Source: Escherichia coli
GTDB taxonomy: Bacteria > Pseudomonadota > Gammaproteobacteria > Enterobacterales > Enterobacteriaceae
Length of the DNA stretch: 64,000 bases
Strand: one strand, 5' to 3'
Assembly: GCF_013315695.1 (NCBI RefSeq)
Contig: NZ_CP054353.1
Shown: positions 10,129 to 21,256 of the stretch, in pieces
Layout: every line of letters begins with the position of its first letter
Position numbering within the stretch: the first letter of the stretch is position 1
Position numbers and translations under genes: made by a program
The notes under the pieces: generated by a model
Databases searched by the model: none
What the model was told of the DNA's origin: nothing
Seen by the model: the letters and a program-made list of their open reading frames with translations, nothing else

Positions 10129-11814
10129 ATGTACGATTTTAATCTGGTGTTGCTGCTGCTTCAGCAGATGTGCGTTTTTTTAGTCATTGCGTGGTTAATG
10201 AGTAAAACGCCATTATTCATACCGTTAATGCAGGTCACGGTTCGTCTGCCGCATAAATTTCTCTGCTACATCGTCTTTTCCATCTTCTGCATCATGGGCA
10301 CCTGGTTTGGGTTGCACATTGACGATTCTATTGCCAATACCCGTGCGATAGGCGCGGTAATGGGCGGCTTACTCGGCGGTCCGGTCGTCGGTGGGCTGGT
10401 TGGTCTGACCGGCGGGTTACATCGATATTCGATGGGGGGCATGACCGCGCTAAGTTGCATGATCTCGACCATCGTTGAAGGATTGCTCGGCGGCCTGGTA
10501 CACAGCATCCTGATCCGTCGCGGGCGCACTGATAAAGTCTTTAACCCCATTACCGCCGGTGCCGTCACGTTCGTCGCTGAAATGGTGCAAATGTTGATCA
10601 TCCTGGCGATCGCCCGACCTTATGAAGATGCGGTGCGTCTGGTGAGTAATATTGCTGCGCCAATGATGGTCACCAATACCGTCGGCGCGGCACTGTTTAT
10701 GCGTATATTGCTCGATAAACGCGCGATGTTTGAAAAATACACTTCAGCTTTTTCTGCCACTGCGCTGAAAGTGGCGGCCTCGACGGAAGGCATTTTGCGT
10801 CAGGGGTTTAACGAAGTGAACAGCATGAAAGTGGCACAGGTGCTGTATCAGGAGCTGGATATTGGTGCAGTCGCGATTACCGATCGAGAGAAATTGCTGG
10901 CCTTTACCGGAATTGGTGACGACCACCATTTACCCGGCAAACCGATTTCTTCAACTTATACCTTAAAAGCGATTGAAACCGGTGAAGTGGTCTACGCTGA
11001 TGGCAACGAAGTGCCTTACCGTTGCTCTTTGCATCCGCAATGCAAACTGGGGTCGACGCTGGTCATTCCGTTGCGTGGTGAAAATCAGCGAGTGATGGGT
11101 ACCATCAAATTGTATGAAGCCAAAAACCGTTTATTCAGTTCAATCAACCGCACGCTGGGCGAGGGGATTGCGCAACTGCTTTCGGCGCAGATCCTCGCCG
11201 GGCAATATGAGCGGCAAAAAGCGATGCTCACCCAGTCAGAGATCAAACTGCTTCACGCCCAGGTGAATCCCCATTTTTTGTTTAATGCGCTTAACACCAT
11301 TAAAGCGGTGATCCGCCGCGACAGCGAACAGGCCAGCCAGCTGGTGCAGTATCTTTCCACTTTTTTCCGCAAAAACTTAAAGCGGCCTTCGGAGTTTGTT
11401 ACTCTCGCCGACGAAATTGAACATGTGAACGCTTATCTGCAAATTGAAAAGGCGCGCTTCCAGTCGCGGTTGCAGGTCAACATTGCTATTCCGCAAGAAT
11501 TATCCCAGCAGCAATTGCCCGCGTTTACCCTGCAACCGATAGTGGAAAACGCCATTAAACATGGGACATCACAACTGCTGGATACAGGGCGAGTGGCAAT
11601 CAGCGCCCGACGTGAGGGGCAACATTTGATGCTGGAGATCGAAGACAATGCAGGTTTGTATCAACCGGTAACCAATGCCAGTGGGCTGGGGATGAATCTG
11701 GTGGATAAGCGTTTACGTGAACGGTTTGGCGATGACTATGGGATAAGCGTCGCCTGTGAGCCTGATAGTTACACCCGAATAACGTTACGACTACCATGGA
11801 GGGACGAGGCATGA
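10129..11814 (+). CDS. btsS: Sensor histidine kinase BtsS (YehU), LytS-type
   Basis: ORF 10114..11814; conserved start [13 protein letters not shown]; 5TM-Lyt, GAF and kinase regions. Confidence 0.9.
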
Positions 11815-12530
11815 TTAAAGTCTTAATTGTCGATGATGAACCGTTAGCACGGGAGAACCTGCGCGTATTTTTGCAGGAGCAGAGCGATATTGAAATCGTT
11901 GGAGAGTGTTCAAACGCCGTAGAAGGGATCGGCGCGGTGCATAAACTGCGCCCGGATGTGCTGTTTCTCGATATCCAGATGCCGCGCATCAGTGGTCTGG
12001 AAATGGTGGGGATGCTCGACCCGGAACATCGCCCGTATATTGTTTTTCTCACCGCGTTTGACGAATACGCCATTAAAGCCTTTGAAGAACATGCCTTTGA
12101 TTATCTGCTGAAGCCAATTGATGAAGCGCGACTGGAGAAAACGCTGGCGCGATTGCGTCAGGAGCGCAGCAAGCAGGATGTTTCGCTGTTACCAGAAAAT
12201 CAACAGGCGCTGAAATTTATCCCTTGTACGGGACATAGTCGGATTTATTTGCTGCAAATGAAAGATGTGGCATTTGTCAGCAGTCGGATGAGCGGTGTCT
12301 ACGTGACCAGTCACGAAGGGAAAGAGGGCTTTACCGAACTGACATTACGTACCCTGGAAAGTCGTACACCATTACTGCGCTGCCATCGTCAGTATCTGGT
12401 TAACCTCGCGCATTTACAGGAGATCCGTCTGGAAGATAACGGCCAGGCCGAGTTGATTTTGCGTAATGGCTTAACCGTGCCGGTCAGCCGCCGTTATCTG
12501 AAAAGCTTAAAAGAGGCGATTGGCCTGTAA
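11811..12530 (+). CDS. btsR: Response regulator BtsR (YehT), LytTR family
   Basis: [16 protein letters not shown] receiver start; ATGA start/stop overlap with btsS; 239 aa. Confidence 0.9.
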
Positions 12531-12576
12531 AAGACTGCTAAAATGGCTTTTTGCCTCATCAACACCTGAAGGCCTC

Positions 12577-13047
12577 ATGCTAAGTAATGATATTCTGCGC
12601 AGCGTGCGCTACATTTTGAAAGCCAATAATAATGACCTGGTGCGTATTCTGGCGCTGGGTAATGTCGAAGCCACCGCGGAACAGATCGCCGTCTGGCTAC
12701 GTAAAGAAGACGAAGAGGGTTTTCAGCGTTGTCCGGACATTGTTTTGTCTTCATTCCTCAATGGCCTGATTTATGAAAAACGCGGCAAGGATGAGTCTGC
12801 TCCGGCACTGGAGCCGGAACGTCGCATTAATAACAACATCGTGCTGAAAAAAATACGCATCGCGTTTTCGCTTAAAACCGATGACATTCTGGCAATCCTC
12901 ACCGAACAGCAGTTCCGCGTTTCGATGCCGGAAATTACGGCGATGATGCGTGCACCGGATCATAAAAACTTCCGCGAATGCGGCGATCAATTTTTACGTT
13001 ATTTTCTGCGTGGACTGGCAGCGCGCCAGCATGTGAAGAAAAGCTAA
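12577..13047 (+). CDS. yehS: YehS (DUF1456 family)
   Basis: ORF 12520..13047 with likely start at MLSNDILRS; position after btsR. Confidence 0.8.
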   Translation: MLSNDILRSVRYILKANNNDLVRILALGNVEATAEQIAVWLRKEDEEGFQRCPDIVLSSFLNGLIYEKRGKDESAPALEPERRINNNIVLKKIRIAFSLKTDDILAILTEQQFRVSMPEITAMMRAPDHKNFRECGDQFLRYFLRGLAARQHVKKS

Positions 13048-13054
13048 GACGGGT

Positions 13055-13084
13055 ATGGCGGCCATGCGAAACATGGCCGCCGAC
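13055..13084. terminator. Bidirectional hairpin between convergent yehS and yehR
   Basis: ggcggccatg-cgaaa-catggccgcc perfect stem. Confidence 0.55.
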
Positions 13085-13087
13085 AGA

Positions 13088-13549
13088 TTATTTCACTTCT
13101 TTAAAACCAGCGGCTTTCATCACCAGTTCCATTTGCGCCATAGTGATACCTTTTTTGGCATCTTCAGCAGAAACGTTGATTCCTGAAATACCCTGCAGGG
13201 CTTTAAAATCCACTTTTTCCATATCAATAGTCACGTTTTCCTGCGCGTAGGTATCGGTATAGGTTAATTTTTCTTCAACACCCGCGATGTTTTTGTATTT
13301 GGCGCTTAACGGCTCAAGTGTCCTGGCGGCATCTTCTTTGGTGGTTGCACCAATGGAGGCAAATTGAATTTTGGTTTCAGAAGATTGCTTAAGCACCTTG
13401 TCACCTTTGTAGACATAGGTAATGGCAATTTCAGTGCCGTTCAGATTGGCGCTGAATTTCTTTGATTCTTCTTTGTCACCGCAGCCAGCAAGAGAGAAAA
13501 CCAGAACAGATGCAACAACAAGGGAAAACAGCTTATTGAAAGCCTTCAT
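13088..13549 (-). CDS. yehR: Lipoprotein YehR
   Basis: Signal peptide with lipobox (LAGCG); start at MKAFNKLF. Confidence 0.8.
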   Translation of the reverse strand: MKAFNKLFSLVVASVLVFSLAGCGDKEESKKFSANLNGTEIAITYVYKGDKVLKQSSETKIQFASIGATTKEDAARTLEPLSAKYKNIAGVEEKLTYTDTYAQENVTIDMEKVDFKALQGISGINVSAEDAKKGITMAQMELVMKAAGFKEVK

Positions 13550-13673
13550 GTAAAACTCCATTTTATTTAATCAAGGAACTGGTGACTCTCACCAGGGGCT
13601 ATATAGGATATGCCTAATACTATGGCGTGAGCAGTCCGGAACAGGAGTAGAACTCTTAATAAAAAGCACTATT

Positions 13674-15674
13674 TCATCCTTGTTGCTGAAGCATGGGGAA
13701 TAATTGTTCGCAAAGCAAAACACCGTTATTCATTGCTTCTACCCGTGCCTCGCTTTCTGTATTACGAAATTGTCCCAACACATGTGCCAGCCGATAAAAA
13801 CCCACCGCGGTGAGGTCATTCGCCAGCAACTCTGCCTGACCAATAGCACTCTGTTCCTGATAGCGCCAGCCGTTATGGAGCAGTTGAATAAGTAACGCCT
13901 GGCAGCGCATCAGCAACTGATGAGCGGTAGACGGCACAGGCAGAACGCTGGCAGAAGGTAGCGGTGCCACAGGCGCAGTTTCTGCGTCCAGCGCCCAGGC
14001 GCGGGTTTTTGTCATCATCACCCGTGGTTCCAGTGTCAATTGCCCCTCTACAAAACTGACAAAGCCAGAAACCAGGCTCACGGGGTTGTCTGTTTGTTGC
14101 AAAAGCGCCGCCATGCGTTCAACGGCAAAAGGAGAACAGGCAGATGCCGGAAGGGATAACGTCAGCACATTATCTTCCCCTTCGCCACTGATTACCTGCG
14201 CATCCAGTGTCTGGCGGCTGCTATCCCAACCGAGCGAAATACACTCCGCTACCGGCAGAATAAATAAGTTATCGACCTGGTTGAGTGGTCGTATGCAGGC
14301 GGGGGGACGCTGGCGTAAATATTCCCGCAAAGCCACAATGCCCGGCTGGCGCAACGGCGCGCTCAACATTTGCCAGGCGTCTGGCGACAGTGGAACAACA
14401 CTACTCAAGCGGTTACGGGTCGCTAACAGCAGCTCGCCATCGGCACTGCGTTTTGCTGCTTGTGAAACAATTTGCCCACCAGCCAGTGCGCCAGCCTGAA
14501 AACTAAATAGCCGACGTTTTGTCGCGGGAGCGTTTTCTTGTTCGCTTCTCGGCCAACTACGCGAAAGGTGCAAAATACTGCCGGTGTCGGGATCGGTGAA
14601 CCAGATGCGTAAACCATACTGCTCAATATCCTGCCAGCAACGCATACCTAAAGACACCAGCCGCAGATGATCAAGCTTTGCTTCTCCGGCAATGCCAGAG
14701 CCAACGACCGTGCGCCACGGCACAGGAGGAACTTCACCAACACTGTCGCGCCGCGCCATCTCTTGTGCGCAATTTAATCGACTGTTTAATGCCGCAAGCT
14801 GACGTAAGCATTCTCCGGCATGGTAGTGGCTGGCGCGGGCGTGGAAGGCATCAACGCTGGCGCGCAATTGCCGTAGCGATTCACTCACCCATCGCCAGTT
14901 GCAGCGTTCCGCCGCTTGCTGCGCGCGGCTGAAAGCGGCCTCGTAATGAATAAGCGGCTGGCTGATGCCGCTCAGCCATAATGCCTGGCTTAGTTGCTGA
15001 ACATATTGACGACACGCGTTGCCCTCTTCGCTGGCAAACGGATCGTCAGATGATGTGACGTGTTCGCTGCGCATCTGCCAGATTAAATGGTTAAATTCTG
15101 CTTGCTGCGCTTTGGCCTGGACAAAGGCCTGTACTGCCAGCACAACATGTTCGCAAAGTGTTCCTTCAATACAATCACAGCGTGCGAAACGAATGCTGCT
15201 GCGGGAATAAAAACGTACATCGCTCATCGGTAAGCGGGCAGAGGGAATTTCGCCCGGCGTACAGAACAACTCAATGGTGATGCCTTTAGCGACCAGCGCC
15301 TGCGCGCGTTTGCGGGTGGCATCGGGAAGGGTAGCCAGTTCTTCTAGCCAGATTGCCGGATCCCACTCTTCTTCTTTTTCCGTAGGCTGGGTGGTGGCGC
15401 AAAGTCGCTGATAACTTAAAACCAGCATCACGCGATGGCGGCACATGCCGCTGGCCCCGCAGCTGCATTGAGCCTCTTTCAGTGCCTGACCGTTCGCCAG
15501 CTGGGTACGGACACCGTCACTGAAGGTGGCGATTAAAGCGCCGTTCTTATGGCTGATTTCCGGGACGTTGCCATTTTCCAGTTCCTTAAGACTGCGTTTA
15601 ACAAAACCGGCATTGCTTAACGCCGTCAGGGCCTGCGGCGTCAGTTCTAATAATTCCGGACGTAGTGAATTCAT
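13674..15674 (-). CDS. yehQ: YehQ, SWIM zinc-finger domain protein
   Basis: 666-aa ORF; Cys/His SWIM-like motif near the N-terminus; gene order. Confidence 0.75.
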   Translation of the reverse strand: MNSLRPELLELTPQALTALSNAGFVKRSLKELENGNVPEISHKNGALIATFSDGVRTQLANGQALKEAQCSCGASGMCRHRVMLVLSYQRLCATTQPTEKEEEWDPAIWLEELATLPDATRKRAQALVAKGITIELFCTPGEIPSARLPMSDVRFYSRSSIRFARCDCIEGTLCEHVVLAVQAFVQAKAQQAEFNHLIWQMRSEHVTSSDDPFASEEGNACRQYVQQLSQALWLSGISQPLIHYEAAFSRAQQAAERCNWRWVSESLRQLRASVDAFHARASHYHAGECLRQLAALNSRLNCAQEMARRDSVGEVPPVPWRTVVGSGIAGEAKLDHLRLVSLGMRCWQDIEQYGLRIWFTDPDTGSILHLSRSWPRSEQENAPATKRRLFSFQAGALAGGQIVSQAAKRSADGELLLATRNRLSSVVPLSPDAWQMLSAPLRQPGIVALREYLRQRPPACIRPLNQVDNLFILPVAECISLGWDSSRQTLDAQVISGEGEDNVLTLSLPASACSPFAVERMAALLQQTDNPVSLVSGFVSFVEGQLTLEPRVMMTKTRAWALDAETAPVAPLPSASVLPVPSTAHQLLMRCQALLIQLLHNGWRYQEQSAIGQAELLANDLTAVGFYRLAHVLGQFRNTESEARVEAMNNGVLLCEQLFPMLQQQG

Positions 15675-16737
15675 GACTGAAGATTCTCCGCAAGCCAGGC
15701 CGCCAGCTCGCCCGGTGTCATGGCGGCTATTTGTGCGCCGACATTAACTAGCGCCTGGGCCGTATCGTGGTCATAGCAAGGTGTTGCGGTGCTATCGAGC
15801 GCCGCCAGTCCCAGCACTTTGATGCCGCTCTGGACACACTTTTTCACCTGATGCGTCAGTAATGATGATGAACCCCCTTCGTAAAAATCGCTCACGAGGA
15901 TAATGACGCTTTTCGCTGGTTGTTCAATAAGTTGCCGACCATATTCCATGGCACTGGCGATATTGGTTCCGCCGCCTAATTGCACTTTCATTAATAACTC
16001 TACCGGATCGGCAACGTCTGCCGTGAGATCAACCACGCTGGTGTCAAACGCCACCAGATGGGTACGAATACCGGGTAACTGCCATAAACAGGCCGCCATC
16101 ACCGCTGAGTGGATCACCGAGTCCACCATTGATCCGCTTTGATCAACCAGTAAGACCAGTTGCCATTGTTCGCTTTGGCGTTTAATGCGGCTGTTAAAGC
16201 GGGGGGATTCGATATACAACTTGCCGTGTTGCGGGTGCCAGTGTTGCAGGTTGGCGCGCAGAGTACTTTTGAAATCAAAGTTTCGCGCCAGTGGAATAAA
16301 TGAGCGGCGACGGCGATCGCGGACACCAGAAAAAGCCTGACGAACTTCCTTTGCCAGTCGCGCCATAATTTCTTCCACAACCTGGCGTACTTTTCCGAAG
16401 GCTGCATACGTTCCAGCACGTCGAGATTTGTCACCACATCTTCAATGCCGTAGCGCAGTACGGCATCGCTTTCCAGCCGTTCAATCACCTGTTGCGGAAA
16501 CAGCGTGTGAATACTGTTGATCCACTCAGGGGTGGTGAGATTTGAGCCACCTAATCCACCGGAGCGTTCACCACGCTGGAGCCGTTCAGGATCGCGCCCG
16601 TACAGCCACTCCAGCGCGTGGTCTATCTGCCGGGCGTTGTCATCCAGCCCACAAAGCGTCGTTTCTGCCGCTTCGCCAAGAATTAATCGCCAGCGTTGTA
16701 GCTCACGGGTGGTCAGAAGATCGTTCAGTTCAGACAT
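15671..16737 (-). pseudogene. yehP: yehP (von Willebrand factor A domain), apparently frameshifted
   Basis: Two overlapping minus-strand ORFs in different frames (16114..16737 N-terminal part; 15671..16378 VWA part with DQSGSM motif); 1067-nt span is not a multiple of 3. Confidence 0.6.
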
Positions 16738-19009
16738 GGAAAACTCCCCAGTGTTGCAGCGATGTCAGTGCCTGCTGTTCGAGTTGTTGATGATGTGCAA
16801 TGGCTTGCGGTGGACAATGCAACGGCATTTGCAGCGCTGAAATGGGAAGCTGTGCGAGCTGGTAATGCTCAAGCACCTGATGCGCCAGCGTCCCGCGTTC
16901 TCGTGGTGGTAGCCAGGCCATCGCCGCGCGTAAATTGGGCAGGGCGTTAATAAAATCGTCGTCACTCAGTTGATTTAAATGACTACTGAAACCGGCGATA
17001 AATGCCGGCTGACAGGCCAGTTGATGACGGGCTAATGCCAGCAAACCGTGCAGCGCCTCGCCGGATTGTGCCGGGGATAACTGCGCCAGCATCGTCAGCG
17101 CCGCTTCGGCACTGGCGTTGGGATGTTCCAGACGCATTAGTGCGCCAAGAGCCGCGCCGCGATCCAGCGCCGGGGCATGAATCGCCTGACTGCGGCGCTC
17201 CAGTAAGGCTACCGCCGCAGAAAGCGAAACGCCGGGTAAATTAACGCCGCTATGTAGATCGCGCAGGATATGGCAAAGCGCTTGCCAGCTATGCAGGTGA
17301 GCGTGAAACTCCTTTTCATCCGGTCTGCCGTTGGATTCACACAGCCAGAGTGTGCGATCGATAGCTGCGCATAACGTCGTCTGTAATATCTGCGCGCCTT
17401 GCATACCGCTAATTTCATCCAGCCGCCATAAGGCGTATAGCACTTCCAGCGCCTGGCCCATTTCGGCAAACTGATTTTCCTGGGCGATTAATAATGTAAG
17501 TTGCTCCAGTAATTGTTGACTGAAGGACGCCAGACCCGCTAACGCCGCCTGGCTAAGACATGTGGTGATACTGCCGATTCCACCCGCGTCCAGCATATCG
17601 GCTTCTAATTTATGGCGTGCGGCTTCCTGGAGTGTGGCACCAAAGCAGGCGGCCTCAATTAATGCCGCATGTTGGCTAAGCGGGCGGGTTAATTTCCAGC
17701 GTTCTTCACCGTTGCCTGCAAGTGTCAGTGTACTTCCCTGCTGGCGCACAACCCCTGGGATCTCCAGTATTACCAGCCGATGTAACACCTGACTTTGCGC
17801 CAGTCCATCGGGGGTAAAGCGATTTAAGGTAAGCTCCGCCGGAAAAGAGATTCCGGTACGTTCCAGTTCGCAGGTGACATCTTTTGGCAGAGGTGGCTGT
17901 GGCGTCGAGGGGGCAAGTTTACCGAATCCGTCACCCGCTAATGTGTCTATCAACGTTAGCAGAATCGGATCGGTATCGGGATGAATAACGCCGCGATAGC
18001 TCCACGGCAACGGCGCGTTCAGGGCTTCTTTGATCAGCGAGCCGGCTATAGCATCCAGCCAGTCAGTGCGTAACGGTAGTGTATGACCGCGCAACTGTGC
18101 CAGTGCCATCGCATGCAGATGAGCGGCAGCCATATCCGCTGTTGAAGCAGGCAAGTGGTGCTGGCGCAAACGGGTAAGAACCGTTTTCAGTAGTTGTTCA
18201 CCTGCCTGCTGCAAGCCCCACCGCCAGCACCAGTTTTGCCAGACCGGGGCAGGCATTCCTGAAAGGTATCCTGCCAGCACATCAAGGCGCTTTTCACTGT
18301 ATGGCGTGAGATAGCAACCTGTAACGGCATCTGCCAGCGACGGCAATTCTGGCTTGTTAATTTCTTGCGGGCATTCGCGCCACATTTTTGCCAGTGCCGG
18401 AGCGTGCCAGCCACCGCAGACAACTAACACGTCGCCATTATTTTGCTGCATCGCCCATCCAATCCAGCGGGCCATAAAGGCTTCGCGCTGACGATTGAGA
18501 GCATCTCCGGGGGAGTCGCCCCGCAGTTGGGCAAAATAGTGCGCCAGTGCAGAGGGTAATGCAGTTTGCTGGCTTTCATCTTCGAACAAGTGATCCCACA
18601 GGGTGTCGCTGTTATCCATGCGGGTGGCACGCAGCAGCAAGGCCTGGCTTTCCTCTTGCATATCAGGCGAATCGTCCTCTTCTTCACTTTGTGCCCAGCA
18701 AGGCAAATCGATGAAGTAAGTTTGTGCCTGAATACGACGTGCGGCTTGTAGCGCCTGCCACTCCGGCGAAAATTCAGCAAATGGCGTCCAGGCACCACGC
18801 CCGGGGGCTGCACCGTCCTGATACTGGCAATAACTGTAAATAGCTACCGGAAGCTGGTGGGCTAACAACAGTTCGTCTACCCGGTCATTAAAATCAGCCG
18901 GGCCTTCAATCAACACGTATCGTGGCCGCTGGCTTTCGATTAACGATTTCACCAGCCGGGCGCAGGCCGGACTATGATGCCGGATGCCGACAATTAACGG
19001 CTCGCTCAT
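16730..19009 (-). CDS. yehM: YehM, uncharacterized large protein
   Basis: ORF 16730..19150; likely start at MSEPLIVGIRHH giving 759 aa. Confidence 0.8.
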   Translation of the reverse strand: MSEPLIVGIRHHSPACARLVKSLIESQRPRYVLIEGPADFNDRVDELLLAHQLPVAIYSYCQYQDGAAPGRGAWTPFAEFSPEWQALQAARRIQAQTYFIDLPCWAQSEEEDDSPDMQEESQALLLRATRMDNSDTLWDHLFEDESQQTALPSALAHYFAQLRGDSPGDALNRQREAFMARWIGWAMQQNNGDVLVVCGGWHAPALAKMWRECPQEINKPELPSLADAVTGCYLTPYSEKRLDVLAGYLSGMPAPVWQNWCWRWGLQQAGEQLLKTVLTRLRQHHLPASTADMAAAHLHAMALAQLRGHTLPLRTDWLDAIAGSLIKEALNAPLPWSYRGVIHPDTDPILLTLIDTLAGDGFGKLAPSTPQPPLPKDVTCELERTGISFPAELTLNRFTPDGLAQSQVLHRLVILEIPGVVRQQGSTLTLAGNGEERWKLTRPLSQHAALIEAACFGATLQEAARHKLEADMLDAGGIGSITTCLSQAALAGLASFSQQLLEQLTLLIAQENQFAEMGQALEVLYALWRLDEISGMQGAQILQTTLCAAIDRTLWLCESNGRPDEKEFHAHLHSWQALCHILRDLHSGVNLPGVSLSAAVALLERRSQAIHAPALDRGAALGALMRLEHPNASAEAALTMLAQLSPAQSGEALHGLLALARHQLACQPAFIAGFSSHLNQLSDDDFINALPNLRAAMAWLPPRERGTLAHQVLEHYQLAQLPISALQMPLHCPPQAIAHHQQLEQQALTSLQHWGVFHV

Positions 19010-19019
19010 GCATCTTTCC

Positions 19020-20108
19020 TCACGGCAGGCGGTGGCGAGCTTGATAATAAGCCTGCCAGTGAGCTTCTTTATGTGTAGCGACACGTTGTTCGAAGTAACG
19101 GCGCAGACGTGCGCGATCTTCTTCGTTATCTTTGACGATGGTTCCGGCAATACAGTCCACCAGGTCGGCTGGCTCCCCCGCGCGATTCGCTAAAAACCAG
19201 GCGCGGACACCCACAGCGTGGGCTACGTTCACGGCTTCAGCGGTGGACATAATCGCTGTCAGTGTATCCATTGACGTTTTCTTTTCGCCGTTGGCACGCA
19301 GATCGCGGAAGGTGCGTACCAGTAACTCCAGTACCGCGTCAGGAACTTTATGCGGAATGCCACTATGGGCCAATAAACGCGCCGAAGCACTGGCGACCAG
19401 TTCCAGTTCCTGGGCGAAATCCATAATCGGAAAGACCGTTTCAAAATCGAATCGACGCTTTAGCGCAGCGCTCATTTCATTGACGCCGCGATCGCGGGTA
19501 TTGGCAGTGGCAATAATATTAAAGCCTTCTCGCGCATAGAGCTGACTGGCTTCACCAGTGAGTTCCGGCACCGTCATTACCCTGTCAGAAAGCATACCTA
19601 ACAGACAGTCTTGTACTTCCAGCGGTGTACGCGTTATCTCTTCAAAACGGACGATTTTGCCGTCGCGCATTCCCTGGTAAAGCGGGGCAGGGACCAGTGC
19701 TTCCGTTGACGGACCATGGTTGATAAGCAGGGCGTAGTTCCAGCCGTACTTGATTTGATCTTCGGTGGTAGATGCGCCGCCCTGGATGGTTAACCCGGCA
19801 TCGCCGCTAATAGCGGTTGCCAGTAATTCAGACAGGAGAGATTTTGCGGTGCCAGGTTCCCCCACCAACATCAAACCGCGCCCGGTGGCAAGAGTGACTA
19901 ACATGCGTTCGACAGCGGAGGGACTAATCACCACTTTACGGCTAATATTTTGCGCGCTATCGCCAAGGATAAAAGCACGGGCCGCAGGCAAACTTAACTG
20001 CCAACCGGGCGGGCAAGGTGCGTGATCATTTTGTTTTAATTTTGCCAGTTCATCGGCGTATAACACAGCGGCAGGCGGACGCTGCAGATGATTATTCTGC
20101 GGTGACAT
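19020..20108 (-). CDS. yehL: YehL, MoxR-type AAA+ ATPase
   Basis: Walker A (GEPGTAKS); likely start at MSPQNNHL giving 362 aa. Confidence 0.85.
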   Translation of the reverse strand: MSPQNNHLQRPPAAVLYADELAKLKQNDHAPCPPGWQLSLPAARAFILGDSAQNISRKVVISPSAVERMLVTLATGRGLMLVGEPGTAKSLLSELLATAISGDAGLTIQGGASTTEDQIKYGWNYALLINHGPSTEALVPAPLYQGMRDGKIVRFEEITRTPLEVQDCLLGMLSDRVMTVPELTGEASQLYAREGFNIIATANTRDRGVNEMSAALKRRFDFETVFPIMDFAQELELVASASARLLAHSGIPHKVPDAVLELLVRTFRDLRANGEKKTSMDTLTAIMSTAEAVNVAHAVGVRAWFLANRAGEPADLVDCIAGTIVKDNEEDRARLRRYFEQRVATHKEAHWQAYYQARHRLP

Positions 20109-20224
20109 ATATTCATCCCTGAAATGTATTAATGAAATAAACGATATTTTACGCGCAATAAATGTTTGGCGCATTAGTTGTTTGAGCGGAAAATATCTGG
20201 AAAGCAGATCACAGTAAATAAAAA

Positions 20225-20250
20225 AACCTGCTGGTGAGGCAGGTTCTTTT
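20225..20250. terminator. Bidirectional hairpin upstream of yehL
   Basis: aacctgc-tggtgag-gcaggtt with T-runs on both sides. Confidence 0.5.
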
Positions 20251-20548
20251 ATTTACTACTTTCAGGCCTAACACCACGGCCTGTGCAACATCGTGTTCCA
20301 ACGAACGAATTATAACCATCGGTGGACCCCGTTGCAATTAAGATAATGAGATTTATAATCCTGACTGTTGGGAGGTTGCGCCGGATCGAACCCATTTCAA
20401 GTCCTGGCTACCGGACGGGTGGTGCCGCAGGTAGTGCCCTGATCCGGAGTGCAACATCGTGGTCCAACATACGTAAACCAGTATCGACAGGCAGGTGATG
20501 CTGCCAACTTACTGATTTAGTGTATGATGGTGTTTTTGAGGTGCTCCA

Positions 20549-20824
20549 GTGGCTTCTGTTTCTATCAGCTGTCCCTCCTGTTCAGCTACTGACGGGGTGG
20601 TGCGTAACGGCAAAAGCACCGCCGGACATCAGCGCTATCTCTGCTCTCACTGCCGTAAAACATGGCAACTGCAGTTCACTTACACCGCTTCTCAACCCGG
20701 TACGCACCAGAAAATCATTGATATGGCCATGAATGGCGTTGGATGCCGGGCAACAGCCCGCATTATGGGCGTTGGCCTCAACACGATTTTACGTCACTTA
20801 AAAAACTCAGGCCGCAGTCGGTAA
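20549..20824 (+). CDS. insA: IS1 InsA
   Basis: 91-aa ORF inside IS1 copy A. Confidence 0.9.
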
Positions 20825-21246
20825 CCTCGCGCATACAGCCGGGCAGTGACGTCATCGTCTGCGCGGAAATGGACGAACAGTGGGGCTATGTCGGGGCTAA
20901 ATCGCGCCAGCGCTGGCTGTTTTACGCGTATGACAGGCTCCGGAAGACGGTTGTTGCGCACGTATTCGGTGAACGCACTATGGCGACGCTGGGGCGTCTT
21001 ATGAGCCTGCTGTCACCCTTTGACGTGGTGATATGGATGACGGATGGCTGGCCGCTGTATGAATCCCGCCTGAAGGGAAAGCTGCACGTAATCAGCAAGC
21101 GATATACGCAGCGAATTGAGCGGCATAACCTGAATCTGAGGCAGCACCTGGCACGGCTGGGACGGAAGTCGCTGTCGTTCTCAAAATCGGTGGAGCTGCA
21201 TGACAAAGTCATCGGGCATTATCTGAACATAAAACACTATCAATAA
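20743..21246 (+). CDS. insB: IS1 InsB (expressed as InsAB' fusion by frameshifting)
   Basis: 167-aa ORF overlapping insA inside IS1 copy A. Confidence 0.9.
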
Positions 21247-21256
21247 GTTGGAGTCA

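Noticed and set aside
20341-20440. tRNA-like T-loop motif (ggttcgatcc … cca on the minus strand)
   Set aside because: No acceptable T-stem or acceptor pairing could be built by eye; most likely coincidental or a degraded remnant.
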